32,402 nt of DNA, taken from assembly GCA_028702975.1 (NCBI GenBank), contig JAQVNT010000002.1, positions 1 to 32,402 on the forward strand. Reading direction: 5' to 3'. Made by a program: the position numbers and the translations under genes. The notes under the pieces were generated by a model that had not been told where the DNA came from, searched no databases, and worked only from the letters and a program-made list of their open reading frames with translations. The DNA is from Candidatus Delongbacteria bacterium (lineage in GTDB: Bacteria > UBA4055). Positions 1 through 8,717 of this stretch are shown here, one piece after another (positions within the stretch are counted from its first letter, which is position 1; the number at the start of each line of letters is the position of its first letter).

Positions 1-174
1 TTTTTTTTAGCATGATCATCAAAGTCGTTTGCAAACGGTATGAAAGTATTAAAGCTTATCCAGTATATGATGGTTTACGCCTGTTACGACATCATAAAAT
101 TCAAGTATAGCGAAAAGTATTGCCGAACAGTTATATTTTCAATAAATTATGACAATTTATCATGGAGGTATAAC

Positions 175-894
175 ATGCAAAAAAATAACAGCTTGTCAGC
201 TTTAATTCTCGGAATATCGATATTTCTGGGTTTGTCGATGCTGGGATTTTTGTTAAGCAGCGCGGCAGTCAAATTCAGAATGATGGAACGAAGCGTAACC
301 GTAAAAGGTCTCGCCGAAAGAGAAATTCCTGCGGATATCGTCATATGGCCGATTCAGTTCATTACAGCCGAAAATAAGCTTGAGGAACTCTACAACGCGA
401 TCGACAGGAATAATTCAAGCATAAAGAAATTCCTGACCGAAAAAGGGATCGACCCTGCCGAGGTAACATTCTCTTCGCCTTCGATAACGGACAAATCGGC
501 GCAGCAGTGGGGCGGGAATGTGAAAGCGGAATTCAGATATTCGGCAGAACAGACGGTCACTGTTTACTCGAAGAATATTGATGCTGTAAGGAAAGTATCA
601 GGAGAATTGTCGGACCTCGGAAAGCAGGGAATAGTGCTTACCGGAGCCGATTATCAGGCGCAGACGGAATATATTTTTACCGGACTGAACGAAATTAAAC
701 CAGCTATGATCGAAGAGGCCACGAGGAACGCGAGGGAAGTAGCCTTAAAGTTCGCTAAGGATTCTCAGAGCGGGCTCGGAAAGATAAAAAGTGCGAATCA
801 GGGTCAGTTCAGTATCGAATCAAGGGACCGAAACAATCCTCACATTAAGAAAGTAAGGGTAGTATCAACGGTAGAGTATTATCTTTCAGATTGA
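175..894 (+). CDS. SIMPL-domain (DUF541/YggE-like) envelope protein
   Basis: The track ORF is 40..894. I prefer ATG 175 (MQKNN...), which follows GGAGG at 164-168 and precedes a hydrophobic signal-anchor (LSALILGISIFLGLSMLGFLL). The body has a SIMPL-like pattern (VTVKGLAEREIPADI..., ...EATRNAREVALKFAKDSQSGLGKI...). The family call is from memory. Confidence 0.65.
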   Translation: MQKNNSLSALILGISIFLGLSMLGFLLSSAAVKFRMMERSVTVKGLAEREIPADIVIWPIQFITAENKLEELYNAIDRNNSSIKKFLTEKGIDPAEVTFSSPSITDKSAQQWGGNVKAEFRYSAEQTVTVYSKNIDAVRKVSGELSDLGKQGIVLTGADYQAQTEYIFTGLNEIKPAMIEEATRNAREVALKFAKDSQSGLGKIKSANQGQFSIESRDRNNPHIKKVRVVSTVEYYLSD

Positions 895-2300
895 GCTCTC
901 AGGAAAAAATGAATAAAGAAAGCGGAAGACTTCGCGGCGCCATAAAGATATCTATAGTTGAGGGGATATTCGCTCAGATACACTCAACGATGACAGCAAT
1001 CGGAACAGTGTTCATAACAAAGTTCGCTCTCATGCTGAACGCGACGCCTTTCCAGTTCGGGATATTGAGCTCGATAGGTCAGCTTTCACAGCTTTTTCAG
1101 CCTCTCGCTTCGGTAATCACGAAGAATCTCGATTCAAGAAAGAAACCTACCGTAAATTATGCGCTCGCAGGCAGGTTCCTGACACTTCTGCTACCGGTTA
1201 TCCCGTTCGTATTTGAAGGTCGAGCCGCGATAACGGCGTTCCTTTCAGTGTGTTTCATAAGTACCGTTCTTCAGGCTATTTCCGGGAACATGTGGATAGC
1301 TTGGATATCAGATCTGGTACCTCTGCGGTTCAGGGGAAGGTTTTTCTCCAACAGGTCCGTATATCTGACGATAGCGGCAATTCTGACAGGCTACACTTTC
1401 GGCTTCTTCCTCGACTTGTTCGACAGCGCTGACGGCAGTCTTGCTGAGAAGTTCAAGCTGAATTTCGATCTTTCGATCTATTTGAACAAGGAAAATCTGC
1501 CGTATGCGTATGTTATAATTTTCGGGACTGCGTCGGCGATCGGGATATACGGGCTACAGCTTCTTAAAAAGCAGCACGAGAGGCCTAAAAAGGTAGAGAC
1601 CGAAAGGTCAGCGGCACTGTTACTTTCCCCATTCAGAGATAAGAATTTTCACAAACTTCTGCTGTTCGGGTGCTGGTGGATGCTCGCTGTCGGGATAGGC
1701 GCGCCGTTCTGGCAGCCGTACATGATCACGGGTTTCAAAATGTCCATGATCGAGCTTCAGGTGTACGGTACATTCTCCACAGCGGGATCGCTTCTGATGC
1801 TTAGACCGTGGGGACGTTTCATCGACCGGTTCGGAAATAAACCCGCGATGATAATAGCGATAATACTCGGCTCGATCAATCCCGCCGTGTGGCTGTTCGC
1901 GACAGCGGACAATTACTGGTTCCTGTTCATCGAGGCGGCTTCGGCCGGTATCATGTGGTCCGGGACTGGCGTCATCATCACGAATCTCGTTCTCGCCGTG
2001 GCCCCGCAGGGCAGACAGCAGATATATTCCGGCATGTACAGCGCCGTAGCCGGCCTCGCCATGGTCGTCACGATGCTGATGTCTGGCACATTCCTTCCTG
2101 ATCCCGCGGAGGTCATGGGGCTTCACCTCGACTCAGAACAGGTACTCTTCGGCCTGACGGCTGTGTTCAGGCTGACAGCCATAATCCCGCTGATCGGTGT
2201 CTATGAGCGTAAGGCTAAACCCATCATGCTCATAATCCACCACCTCAACGATTTTGCCAAGGTCAGGTTAATCAAATATACGGGCAGAATGTTCAAATAA
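891..2300 (+). CDS. MFS-type transporter (about 12 predicted TM segments)
   Basis: A 469-aa ORF that is hydrophobic throughout, with two six-helix halves split by a charged loop (KKQHERPKKVETERS). TTG 891 overlaps the upstream TGA. ATG 909 is an alternative start. Confidence 0.6.
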   Translation: MSSQEKMNKESGRLRGAIKISIVEGIFAQIHSTMTAIGTVFITKFALMLNATPFQFGILSSIGQLSQLFQPLASVITKNLDSRKKPTVNYALAGRFLTLLLPVIPFVFEGRAAITAFLSVCFISTVLQAISGNMWIAWISDLVPLRFRGRFFSNRSVYLTIAAILTGYTFGFFLDLFDSADGSLAEKFKLNFDLSIYLNKENLPYAYVIIFGTASAIGIYGLQLLKKQHERPKKVETERSAALLLSPFRDKNFHKLLLFGCWWMLAVGIGAPFWQPYMITGFKMSMIELQVYGTFSTAGSLLMLRPWGRFIDRFGNKPAMIIAIILGSINPAVWLFATADNYWFLFIEAASAGIMWSGTGVIITNLVLAVAPQGRQQIYSGMYSAVAGLAMVVTMLMSGTFLPDPAEVMGLHLDSEQVLFGLTAVFRLTAIIPLIGVYERKAKPIMLIIHHLNDFAKVRLIKYTGRMFK

Positions 2301-2327
2301 CTGAAAATCTCTTGACAAACCGCATTA

Positions 2328-2355
2328 TTAATAGTACTTTTAATCATACTATTAA
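2328..2355. promoter_or_regulatory. Perfect 9-bp inverted repeat; candidate operator of the toxin-antitoxin operon
   Basis: TTAATAGTA (2328-2336) and TACTATTAA (2347-2355) are exact reverse complements separated by 10 nt. They lie between a TTGACA hexamer (2312-2317) and the AAGAGGG ribosome-binding site / ATG 2366 of the antitoxin. Confidence 0.4.
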
Positions 2356-2365
2356 GAGGGCTGTT

Positions 2366-2629
2366 ATGTATAAATACAAAACAATAACCGCAAATGATCT
2401 GAAAACAAAAGGTATCTCAATGGTGGCTGAAGAGGTCGCTCAATACGGAGAGGCTGTCGTCACTGTCAGAGGAAAAGGTAAGTATGTGATCATTCCGATA
2501 GAAAAATATAACGAACTGCGTGAATATGAACTTTTGGCAGCTCTCGAAGAAACAAGAAAAGACATAGCAGAGGGCAAGTTTACTACAGAATCTGTCAAAG
2601 ATCATATTAAGAGTATCACGCATGATTAA
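2366..2629 (+). CDS. Type II antitoxin, Phd/YefM-like
   Basis: An 87-aa product from ATG 2366, with an RBS at 2354-2360. The track start at 2312 is a TTG extension. The pattern (...EAVVTVRGKGKYVIIPIEKYNEL...) is Phd/YefM-like. The gene overlaps the downstream toxin gene by 8 nt. Confidence 0.7.
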   Translation: MYKYKTITANDLKTKGISMVAEEVAQYGEAVVTVRGKGKYVIIPIEKYNELREYELLAALEETRKDIAEGKFTTESVKDHIKSITHD

Positions 2630-2894
2630 AATAATTTACTCTGATCATTTCAAGAAGAGGGTGAGGAAATTTGTCAAAAAACATCCTGATCTTGTTCAGC
2701 AGTACGAAAAAACGATCGAATTGCTTGAGTTAAATCCGCATCATCCTTCGCTCCGACTGCATAAACTGACGGGAAAGTTAAGCGATCTATATTCAGTATA
2801 TATAAACATAACTTACAGGCTGTCTATAGAATTTTTAATTCAGGACGAAAAGATAATACCGGTTGATATCGGTACGCATGAAGAAGTTTACTGA
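2622..2894 (+). CDS. Type II toxin, RelE/ParE superfamily (mRNA-interferase type)
   Basis: A 90-aa basic protein. The HKLTGKLSDLYSVYINITYRLSIEF and C-terminal GTHEEVY patterns are typical of RelE/YafQ-like toxins. It overlaps the antitoxin gene upstream. Confidence 0.7.
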   Translation: MIKIIYSDHFKKRVRKFVKKHPDLVQQYEKTIELLELNPHHPSLRLHKLTGKLSDLYSVYINITYRLSIEFLIQDEKIIPVDIGTHEEVY

Positions 2895-2912
2895 AGTGAA
2901 ATTGGAGGTATT

Positions 2913-3929
2913 ATGAGAAAATTAGCGAGTATTCAGAGGATAAAGGCATTGGAGCCGATCGAAGGGGCTGATGCAATAGAGAAAGCTACTGTTCTGGGCT
3001 GGCAGCTCGTTGTAAAGAAGGGTGAGTATAAAGTAGAGGATCTTGTCGTTTATTGCGAAATTGACTCTATCTTGCCCGAACGGCCTGAGTTTGAATTCTT
3101 AAAACCCCGCGGAATGAGGATAAGGACGATCAGACTTCGCGGTCAGGTTTCGCAGGGAATTTGCTTTCCGTTATCCGTTCTGCCGAAAGATTTTCCGATA
3201 GAAGAAGATGCCGATTGTACTGAAGTGCTTGGTATTGAAAAGTACGAGCCGCCGATCCCTGCCTGCTTAAGCGGAATTTCAAAAGGAAAATTCCCGTCGT
3301 TCATACCAAAAACTGATGAAACGAGGGTTCAGGTGCTTCAGGAAGTATTGGATAAATATAAAGGCGAAAAGTGCTATGTGACCGAAAAAATCGACGGCAG
3401 CTCTGTGACCTATTACATTAATAACGGCGAATTCGGTGTGTGCTCAAGAAATCTCGAACTTATCGAAGATGAAGAGAACAGCCTCTGGAAAGTGGCAAGA
3501 CAACTCGATATTGAGAACAAACTCCGCTCTCTCGGCAGGAATATCGCTCTGCAGGGTGAACTGATGGGTGAAGGCATACAGAGCAACAAGCTGAAATTAA
3601 GAGGTCAGACCGTTTTCTTTTTCAATGCCTTCGATATAGATAAATTCGTCTATCTGCCTTATGTTGAATTTAAAGAAATACTTGAAAATTTTCAGCTTCG
3701 GATGGTTCCTCTGATCACAACCGATTATGTGCTTGAGAATGATATCCCGTCGATCGTGAAAATGGCTACCGTAAAGAGTAAAATATGCCCGGATGTTTGG
3801 GCGGAAGGCATCGTGATCAGGCCGCTTGAAGATAAGATCGAACGGCTTATCGGAAACGATTATTTCAAGAACGACAGGGTCAGTTTCAAAGCAATCAATC
3901 CCGAATTCCTTCTGAAATACGGTGATTAG
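2913..3929 (+). CDS. ATP-dependent RNA ligase, DRB0094 (Rnl5/DraRnl-like) family
   Basis: The N-terminus MRKLASIQRI...IEGAD is typical of this family. The covalent nucleotidyltransferase motifs are present in order: EKIDGSS (motif I KxDG), LQGELMGEGIQ (III/IIIa), AEGIVIRP (IV) and VSFKAINPEF (V). GGAGG at 2904-2908 precedes the start. Confidence 0.8.
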   Translation: MRKLASIQRIKALEPIEGADAIEKATVLGWQLVVKKGEYKVEDLVVYCEIDSILPERPEFEFLKPRGMRIRTIRLRGQVSQGICFPLSVLPKDFPIEEDADCTEVLGIEKYEPPIPACLSGISKGKFPSFIPKTDETRVQVLQEVLDKYKGEKCYVTEKIDGSSVTYYINNGEFGVCSRNLELIEDEENSLWKVARQLDIENKLRSLGRNIALQGELMGEGIQSNKLKLRGQTVFFFNAFDIDKFVYLPYVEFKEILENFQLRMVPLITTDYVLENDIPSIVKMATVKSKICPDVWAEGIVIRPLEDKIERLIGNDYFKNDRVSFKAINPEFLLKYGD

Positions 3930-3969
3930 TATGAATAATATTTAAGGGAATGATACAGGAGAACCGTAT

Positions 3970-4356
3970 ATGAGAACAAATATCATACTATATGTCGCCG
4001 ATCAGAAAGCAAGCACATCTTTCTATAAAAAAGTTCTGATGATGCCGCCCGTACTCAATGTACCCGGAATGACCGAATTCAGACTCAACGAAGAAACCGT
4101 GCTCGGACTAATGCCGTCAGCAGGAATAAAACGACTTCTCGGAGATAAACTGCCCGATCCCGACAAAGCCGCAGGAATTCCGCGTGCAGAATTATATCTG
4201 TTGATCGATGATCCGGAAGCGTACCACAGACGCGCACTTGTGAACGAAGCGCAAGAGCTAATCCCGTTTCTCGCGAGGGACTGGGGAGATACTGTTGCGT
4301 ACAGCCTTGATCCCGACGGACATGTGATCGCGTTTGCGGGGAAGATAATTCAATAA
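3970..4356 (+). CDS. VOC / glyoxalase-bleomycin-resistance family protein
   Basis: A 128-aa ORF with a beta-alpha-beta-beta-beta type pattern (NIILYVADQKASTSFYKKVL..., ...AYSLDPDGHVIAF). An AGGAG-like RBS lies upstream. Confidence 0.55.
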   Translation: MRTNIILYVADQKASTSFYKKVLMMPPVLNVPGMTEFRLNEETVLGLMPSAGIKRLLGDKLPDPDKAAGIPRAELYLLIDDPEAYHRRALVNEAQELIPFLARDWGDTVAYSLDPDGHVIAFAGKIIQ

Positions 4357-4371
4357 GAATAAGGAGCAATA

Positions 4372-4869
4372 ATGGTTCTTGATATTATATATTCGACATT
4401 GGGCGCATTATTCCTGATCGCGGGGTTTGCAGGCTGTATACTTCCTATTATACCGGGTCCGCCGATAGCTCTGATAGGACTGATTATAGCCTATTTTTCA
4501 TCGTTCTCTATTATAACCGGCAATACCTTGATCTACAGCACGATCGCTGTTGTTGTTGTTACAGTTCTAGACCTCGTCGCGCCGCTGATATTCACTAAAA
4601 GGTTCGGAGGTACTAAGTACGGCTTGTACGGAGCAACAGCAGGACTTGTTGTAGGACTTTTCTTCGGGCCGTTCGGTGTTATTCTCGGTCCGCTGATCGG
4701 CGCATTTGCCGGAGAACTCTATAAGGATATGAGGGATAAAAGGAAGGCGTTCAGGTCAGCCTGGGCGAGTTTTGCGGGGTTCATGTTCGGGACTGGTTTA
4801 AAACTTATAACCGTAGGCGTGCTTATCTGGATATATGTCGCATCATTTTTTAATTCTGTAATCCCATGA
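4372..4869 (+). CDS. DUF456-like small membrane protein
   Basis: A 165-aa hydrophobic ORF with an LPIIPGPPIALIGL motif and glycine-rich helices. AAGGAG precedes the ATG. Confidence 0.55.
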   Translation: MVLDIIYSTLGALFLIAGFAGCILPIIPGPPIALIGLIIAYFSSFSIITGNTLIYSTIAVVVVTVLDLVAPLIFTKRFGGTKYGLYGATAGLVVGLFFGPFGVILGPLIGAFAGELYKDMRDKRKAFRSAWASFAGFMFGTGLKLITVGVLIWIYVASFFNSVIP

Positions 4870-5950
4870 TCTCATCGATCTTCTGTTTGACCCGTCCGCC
4901 CGATCCGCCGTCGAGCCCTGTAAAGAAATAATTTCTGTATTGTTCAAGCTTCGCTTTCATTTCCGGTGTCGGGTTGAGCGCTTGTTCTACGCAGGGGAGA
5001 AGATCATCGGGACTTTTCATGTGCGGGAAAGCTCCGAGCAGCCATTCTTTGGGATCTATTGAAAGTACGGGCATTCCGTCCGAGTGGTTGAGTTCGTTAT
5101 ACGGGAGTTCGTAGATTATTCCGTACCTGCCGAGCGCGAGGAATTCGTTTACTACGCTTGAAGTGTCGCTTATCATAGTGTCTGATGCGTACATGTAGGG
5201 ATAGATGTCGTAATCTTCCTTGCCGATCAGGAAGACACCGGGTTTTTCTTTCGCAAGCTTTTCGTAATATGTGTGCTGAGAGTGCGAGACATATTTTCCG
5301 CCCCAGCTGTACGGGTGAAGTTTGATTATCAGGTTGTACTTCGGTATGAGGTCAGCTATTCTATCCTTGATGTATTCGATGCAGCTAGGTTTGTATGAAG
5401 GTGCGTAAAGTACTGTCTTCTTATTCGGGTCAAGCCCTGTCTTTTTTATCAGCGCGTCCCTGTCGTAATGTCCCTCCCAGAAGAAAGGGTCGAGCTTCGG
5501 AATGCCTATGGTGTAAAAGTCGGCTTTGTCCTGCCAGTTTATGCTTTTTATGTAATCGTACCAGTACTGCCCTTCCAGGAAGACATGATAGCGAAAATCC
5601 TTCTGCTTTACGATGTTTCTGATCCTGAGTGTTTTGATGCCTACACCGTGGTCGAGGTGAACTCTGACGCAGTCTCCGTACTTCTAGGGATCTTTTAGAG
5701 CATCACCGCATACTACAAGATCAAATCCTTCTGTTTCGTCGGTAAGTTTATAACCTTCCTTTTTCATCCACTCGGCGATCCTGTTCTTTTCGTTGATAAG
5801 AAATACCCAGAGGAAGCGTTTCTGGTCTTTGCCGATGCGAAATGATATATCATAGCGGTCGTCTTTTGAAAGCTCTTTATAAAGCGGATATAGTGAGTTG
5901 AAATAATATTCCTTTTTAAGATCGAAAAGCACTTTGATTTTTGACATCAT
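4850..5950 (-). pseudogene. CDP-glycerol glycerophosphotransferase (TagB/TagF) family gene with one in-frame TAG
   Basis: My translation of the minus strand gives one continuous 366-codon frame joining track ORFs 5684..5950 and 4850..5194. It is broken only by TAG (plus-strand CTA at 5684-5686): ...CGDALKDP*KYGDCVRVHLDHG...KKTVLYAPSYKPS...IIKLHPYSW...MYASDTMISDTSSVVNEF.... The YAPS, KLHP and SDTSSV patterns match the Glyphos_transf family. Confidence 0.7.
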
Positions 5951-6036
5951 TTATATCCTGTCAGAATTTTTTTGTAATTTAACTCATGGTTGCCAAAATA
6001 TCCAATATTTTATGATTTGTTTTTTATAGCTTCAGT

Positions 6037-6077
6037 TTTTCTTTAGATTCTGTTTATACATTCTGATAACTTTTTAT
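6037..6077 (+). repeat. 41-bp exact repeat, copy 1 (promoter/operator-like block)
   Basis: TTTTCTTTAGATTCTGTTTATACATTCTGATAACTTTTTAT is identical to 11014-11054. It ends 11 nt before ATG 6089. Confidence 0.9.
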
Positions 6078-6088
6078 GAGGTTCAGTT

Positions 6089-6249
6089 ATGAAAAATATT
6101 CAAAACGGTTTACTCAGCCATTGGAGAATGATGGGCTAGACATAAATGTCAGAATTGTAAATGCTGTCTTTTTTACCATAATAGCAAGTATGGTTATTTA
6201 TTTGACTTATAGTAAAGTAAATGTAATAAGAGAGGAAATAGCTGACTAA
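6089..6249 (+). pseudogene. Internally deleted remnant of a COG4705-like membrane protein gene (paralog of 9421..10197)
   Basis: Bases 6089-6117 are 29/29 identical to 9421-9449 (MKNIQNGLL). Bases 6118-6249, in another frame, encode PLENDGLDINVRIVNAVFFTIIASMVIYL..., which resembles the C-terminus of 9421..10197 (PLENGGIDINIGIVNAVFFTAIVSMVIYL...). The ATG frame stops after 16 codons. Confidence 0.75.
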
Positions 6250-6275
6250 ATAATCAATAAAATTTAAGGAATTCA

Positions 6276-8660
6276 ATGAAAAAAATGATTACAGAAAATA
6301 TATTAAAAGCATTATTTGTAATTTTACTACTGGTGTTTAATATTGCATATTCTCAAACTTTCAAAATTACAGGAAAAATAGTTGAATCAACCGGTGAAGA
6401 ACCACTGCCAGAGGCTAATGTGATTCTACATAAAAAATCGGGCTCTGTTCTTAAGGGGGCAGTTACTGATAGCTTAGGTGTTTTTAAAATTAAATTGATT
6501 CCAAGTGGAAATTATTTCATTGAAATTAAATATATGGGTTTTATTCCTGATACAATTTCGCACTTAGATATTTCAGCAAACATTAATCTAGGAGATATTT
6601 TCTTAAAACCATCTGAAATACTTCTTGATGAGATTGTTGTAAAAGGTAAAGCAGATATTTATACATCTCACTTGGATAAAAAAGTTTATAATGTTAGTAA
6701 AGATATTCTTTCAGAATCAAGTTCCACGAGTGAAATATTGCAAAATATTCCTTCAGTTAATGTTGATATCAACGGTGGGATTACATTGAGAAATACGAGT
6801 AATATTACATTTTTTGTAAACGGAAAACCATCGGCCCTATTAAGAAATAATCCTTCTGCGGTATCAGATCTAATACCTGCAAGTAGTATAGAGAAAATTG
6901 AAATTATAACTAACCCCTCAGCCAAATATAAACCTGACGGAGTTGGAGGAATAATAAATATTGTTCTAAAGAAAAATATGTCAGAAGGATTGAATGGACA
7001 AATTAGTGCTAATGTTGGTAATGATGAAAGATATAATGCTAATATTAATTTAAATTACGGAACTAAAAAGTTAAAACTTTACGGGAATTATGGTTTAAGG
7101 CATTCAAAACCAATTACATTATTTACCGATGCAATGGTTTACAAAGATAGTTTAGGTATTGCAAACAGCTTTTTTAGTGAAGACGGTAAATCAAAAATCG
7201 ATATATTTGGTCATAATATCATTGCAGGTGCAAATTACAAATTTGACGATTATAATAATATCGAAATATCGGGAACTTATGATTTGCAAAATTCATTTCA
7301 TGATGGGAACTCTGATATAATATCGCTTGATTCACTGCAAAATCCAAATTATAATATTACGAATGTTCAAACAGATGATGAGCTTGAGGAAGAGGGAGAA
7401 GTAAGCCTAACATATGAACATGTTTTTAATAAAAATGAAGATCATACTTTAACATTTGAGGCTATATATTCGGCATATAATGAAAAAGAGGACAAGATAT
7501 ATAATCAAAACCAGATATTTCCTATTACGAATACAGACATCAGTAGATATATAATTGAGAAAAATGGTAATCAACAAGAATTGAATTTAGAATATACTTT
7601 ACCCATTAATGAGAATTCTGAAATTGAAAGTGGTTATTCAGGTGAATTTATCTTTGATAATATATGGTATAATAAAAATTCAGTTTTAAGTAAGTTTCTA
7701 TTTAACCGACAAGTACATGCTTTTTACGGGTTATTCGGACAGTCGGTTGAAATTTTTAGTTACAAAGCAGGTTTAAGAGCAGAAGAAACCAATACTAAAT
7801 CACATTTAATAACTCCAATAGATACATTAATTACCAATAATTATTTCAAATTATTTCCAACAATACACCTTGGTTATGATATTACTGATGATAATAAATT
7901 ATCTATGAGTTATTCAAAAAGAGTTAACAGACCCGATCCGGATGAATTAAATCCAAATCCAGAATATAATGACTTACGAAATGCAGAAATGGGAAACCCT
8001 AACTTAAAACCTGAACAAATTCATTCTATAGAATTTGGATACGAACATATACAAAAGAAATTTTCGATAAATACTACTCTCTACTATAGGTATAAATATG
8101 ATGCATTTACCGGAATATCAACGAATATTGGCGATACTTTAGTAATGTTTACAACGACTAATCTTACTACTCAAAAATCAGGAGGTTTTGAAGCAGTTAT
8201 TTCAGGTGATTATTTTAAAGATTGTTCATACAGTTTAACCGGTGATATATATTTTAGCACAATTGATGCTTCTAATCTTGGCTATTCTGACAATAAATCA
8301 AGCATTTCAGGTAATATTAAAGGCTATACCCTAATTAAGCTAACTAAAAGTACTTCATTTCAGATAAATGGTTATTACTATTTCCCAAAAATAACACCTC
8401 AGGGTCAGATGGAAGATTTTTATTATTTTAATCTTGGATTAAAACAGAATTTATTTAATAATAAAGCATCAATTACTCTGACAGGAACCGATGTATTTCA
8501 TACCTATAAAGTTAACTATTCTATAAATTCAGATGAATTAAATCAAAAATCAAATATGCAAAGAATGAATCCTGTTATTTCTCTAGGATTTATTTGGAGG
8601 TTTAACAATTACCAAGAAGAAGACAAAATTATTTTTGATGGTAACGGCATTAAGAAATAG
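6276..8660 (+). CDS. TonB-dependent receptor / outer-membrane beta-barrel family protein with CarboxypepD_reg-like N-domain
   Basis: A 794-aa ORF. It has a signal peptide, then FKITGKIVESTGEPLPEANVIL...GNYFIEIKYMGF (carboxypeptidase-regulatory-like fold). A plug-like segment follows (ILQNIPSVNVDINGGITLRNTSNITFFVNGKPS), then a long Y/N/G-rich beta-strand region. Confidence 0.75.
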   Translation: MKKMITENILKALFVILLLVFNIAYSQTFKITGKIVESTGEEPLPEANVILHKKSGSVLKGAVTDSLGVFKIKLIPSGNYFIEIKYMGFIPDTISHLDISANINLGDIFLKPSEILLDEIVVKGKADIYTSHLDKKVYNVSKDILSESSSTSEILQNIPSVNVDINGGITLRNTSNITFFVNGKPSALLRNNPSAVSDLIPASSIEKIEIITNPSAKYKPDGVGGIINIVLKKNMSEGLNGQISANVGNDERYNANINLNYGTKKLKLYGNYGLRHSKPITLFTDAMVYKDSLGIANSFFSEDGKSKIDIFGHNIIAGANYKFDDYNNIEISGTYDLQNSFHDGNSDIISLDSLQNPNYNITNVQTDDELEEEGEVSLTYEHVFNKNEDHTLTFEAIYSAYNEKEDKIYNQNQIFPITNTDISRYIIEKNGNQQELNLEYTLPINENSEIESGYSGEFIFDNIWYNKNSVLSKFLFNRQVHAFYGLFGQSVEIFSYKAGLRAEETNTKSHLITPIDTLITNNYFKLFPTIHLGYDITDDNKLSMSYSKRVNRPDPDELNPNPEYNDLRNAEMGNPNLKPEQIHSIEFGYEHIQKKFSINTTLYYRYKYDAFTGISTNIGDTLVMFTTTNLTTQKSGGFEAVISGDYFKDCSYSLTGDIYFSTIDASNLGYSDNKSSISGNIKGYTLIKLTKSTSFQINGYYYFPKITPQGQMEDFYYFNLGLKQNLFNNKASITLTGTDVFHTYKVNYSINSDELNQKSNMQRMNPVISLGFIWRFNNYQEEDKIIFDGNGIKK

Positions 8661-8717
8661 GTAAGAGTTGAGTACTATGACTGTTTTAATTCTGATAACT
8701 TATGATGAGGTTTAATT

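Noticed and set aside
40-174. N-terminal extension of the SIMPL ORF (MKVLKLIQYMMVY...)
   Set aside because: It has no RBS and an atypical Cys/Tyr-rich sequence. The internal ATG 175 has a GGAGG site and is followed by the signal-anchor.
1250-2126. ORFs 1250..1432(+), 1620..2126(-), 1889..2101(+) and 1913..2116(-) inside the MFS gene
   Set aside because: These are alternative-frame or antisense ORFs with Arg/His/Pro-rich, low-plausibility translations. They are typical of open frames in higher-GC coding DNA.
5684-5686. In-frame TAG as stop-codon reassignment or programmed readthrough
   Set aside because: TAG serves as the terminator of well-supported genes in the same window: the RNA ligase at 3927-3929, the TonB receptor at 8658-8660 and the kinase at 13759-13761. 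I see no recoding signal. A nonsense mutation or sequencing error is simpler.
5395-5698. Plus-strand ORFs 5395..5622 and 5468..5698
   Set aside because: They lie antisense to the continuous TagF-like frame, which has recognisable family motifs. Their translations are Arg/Cys/Ser-rich.
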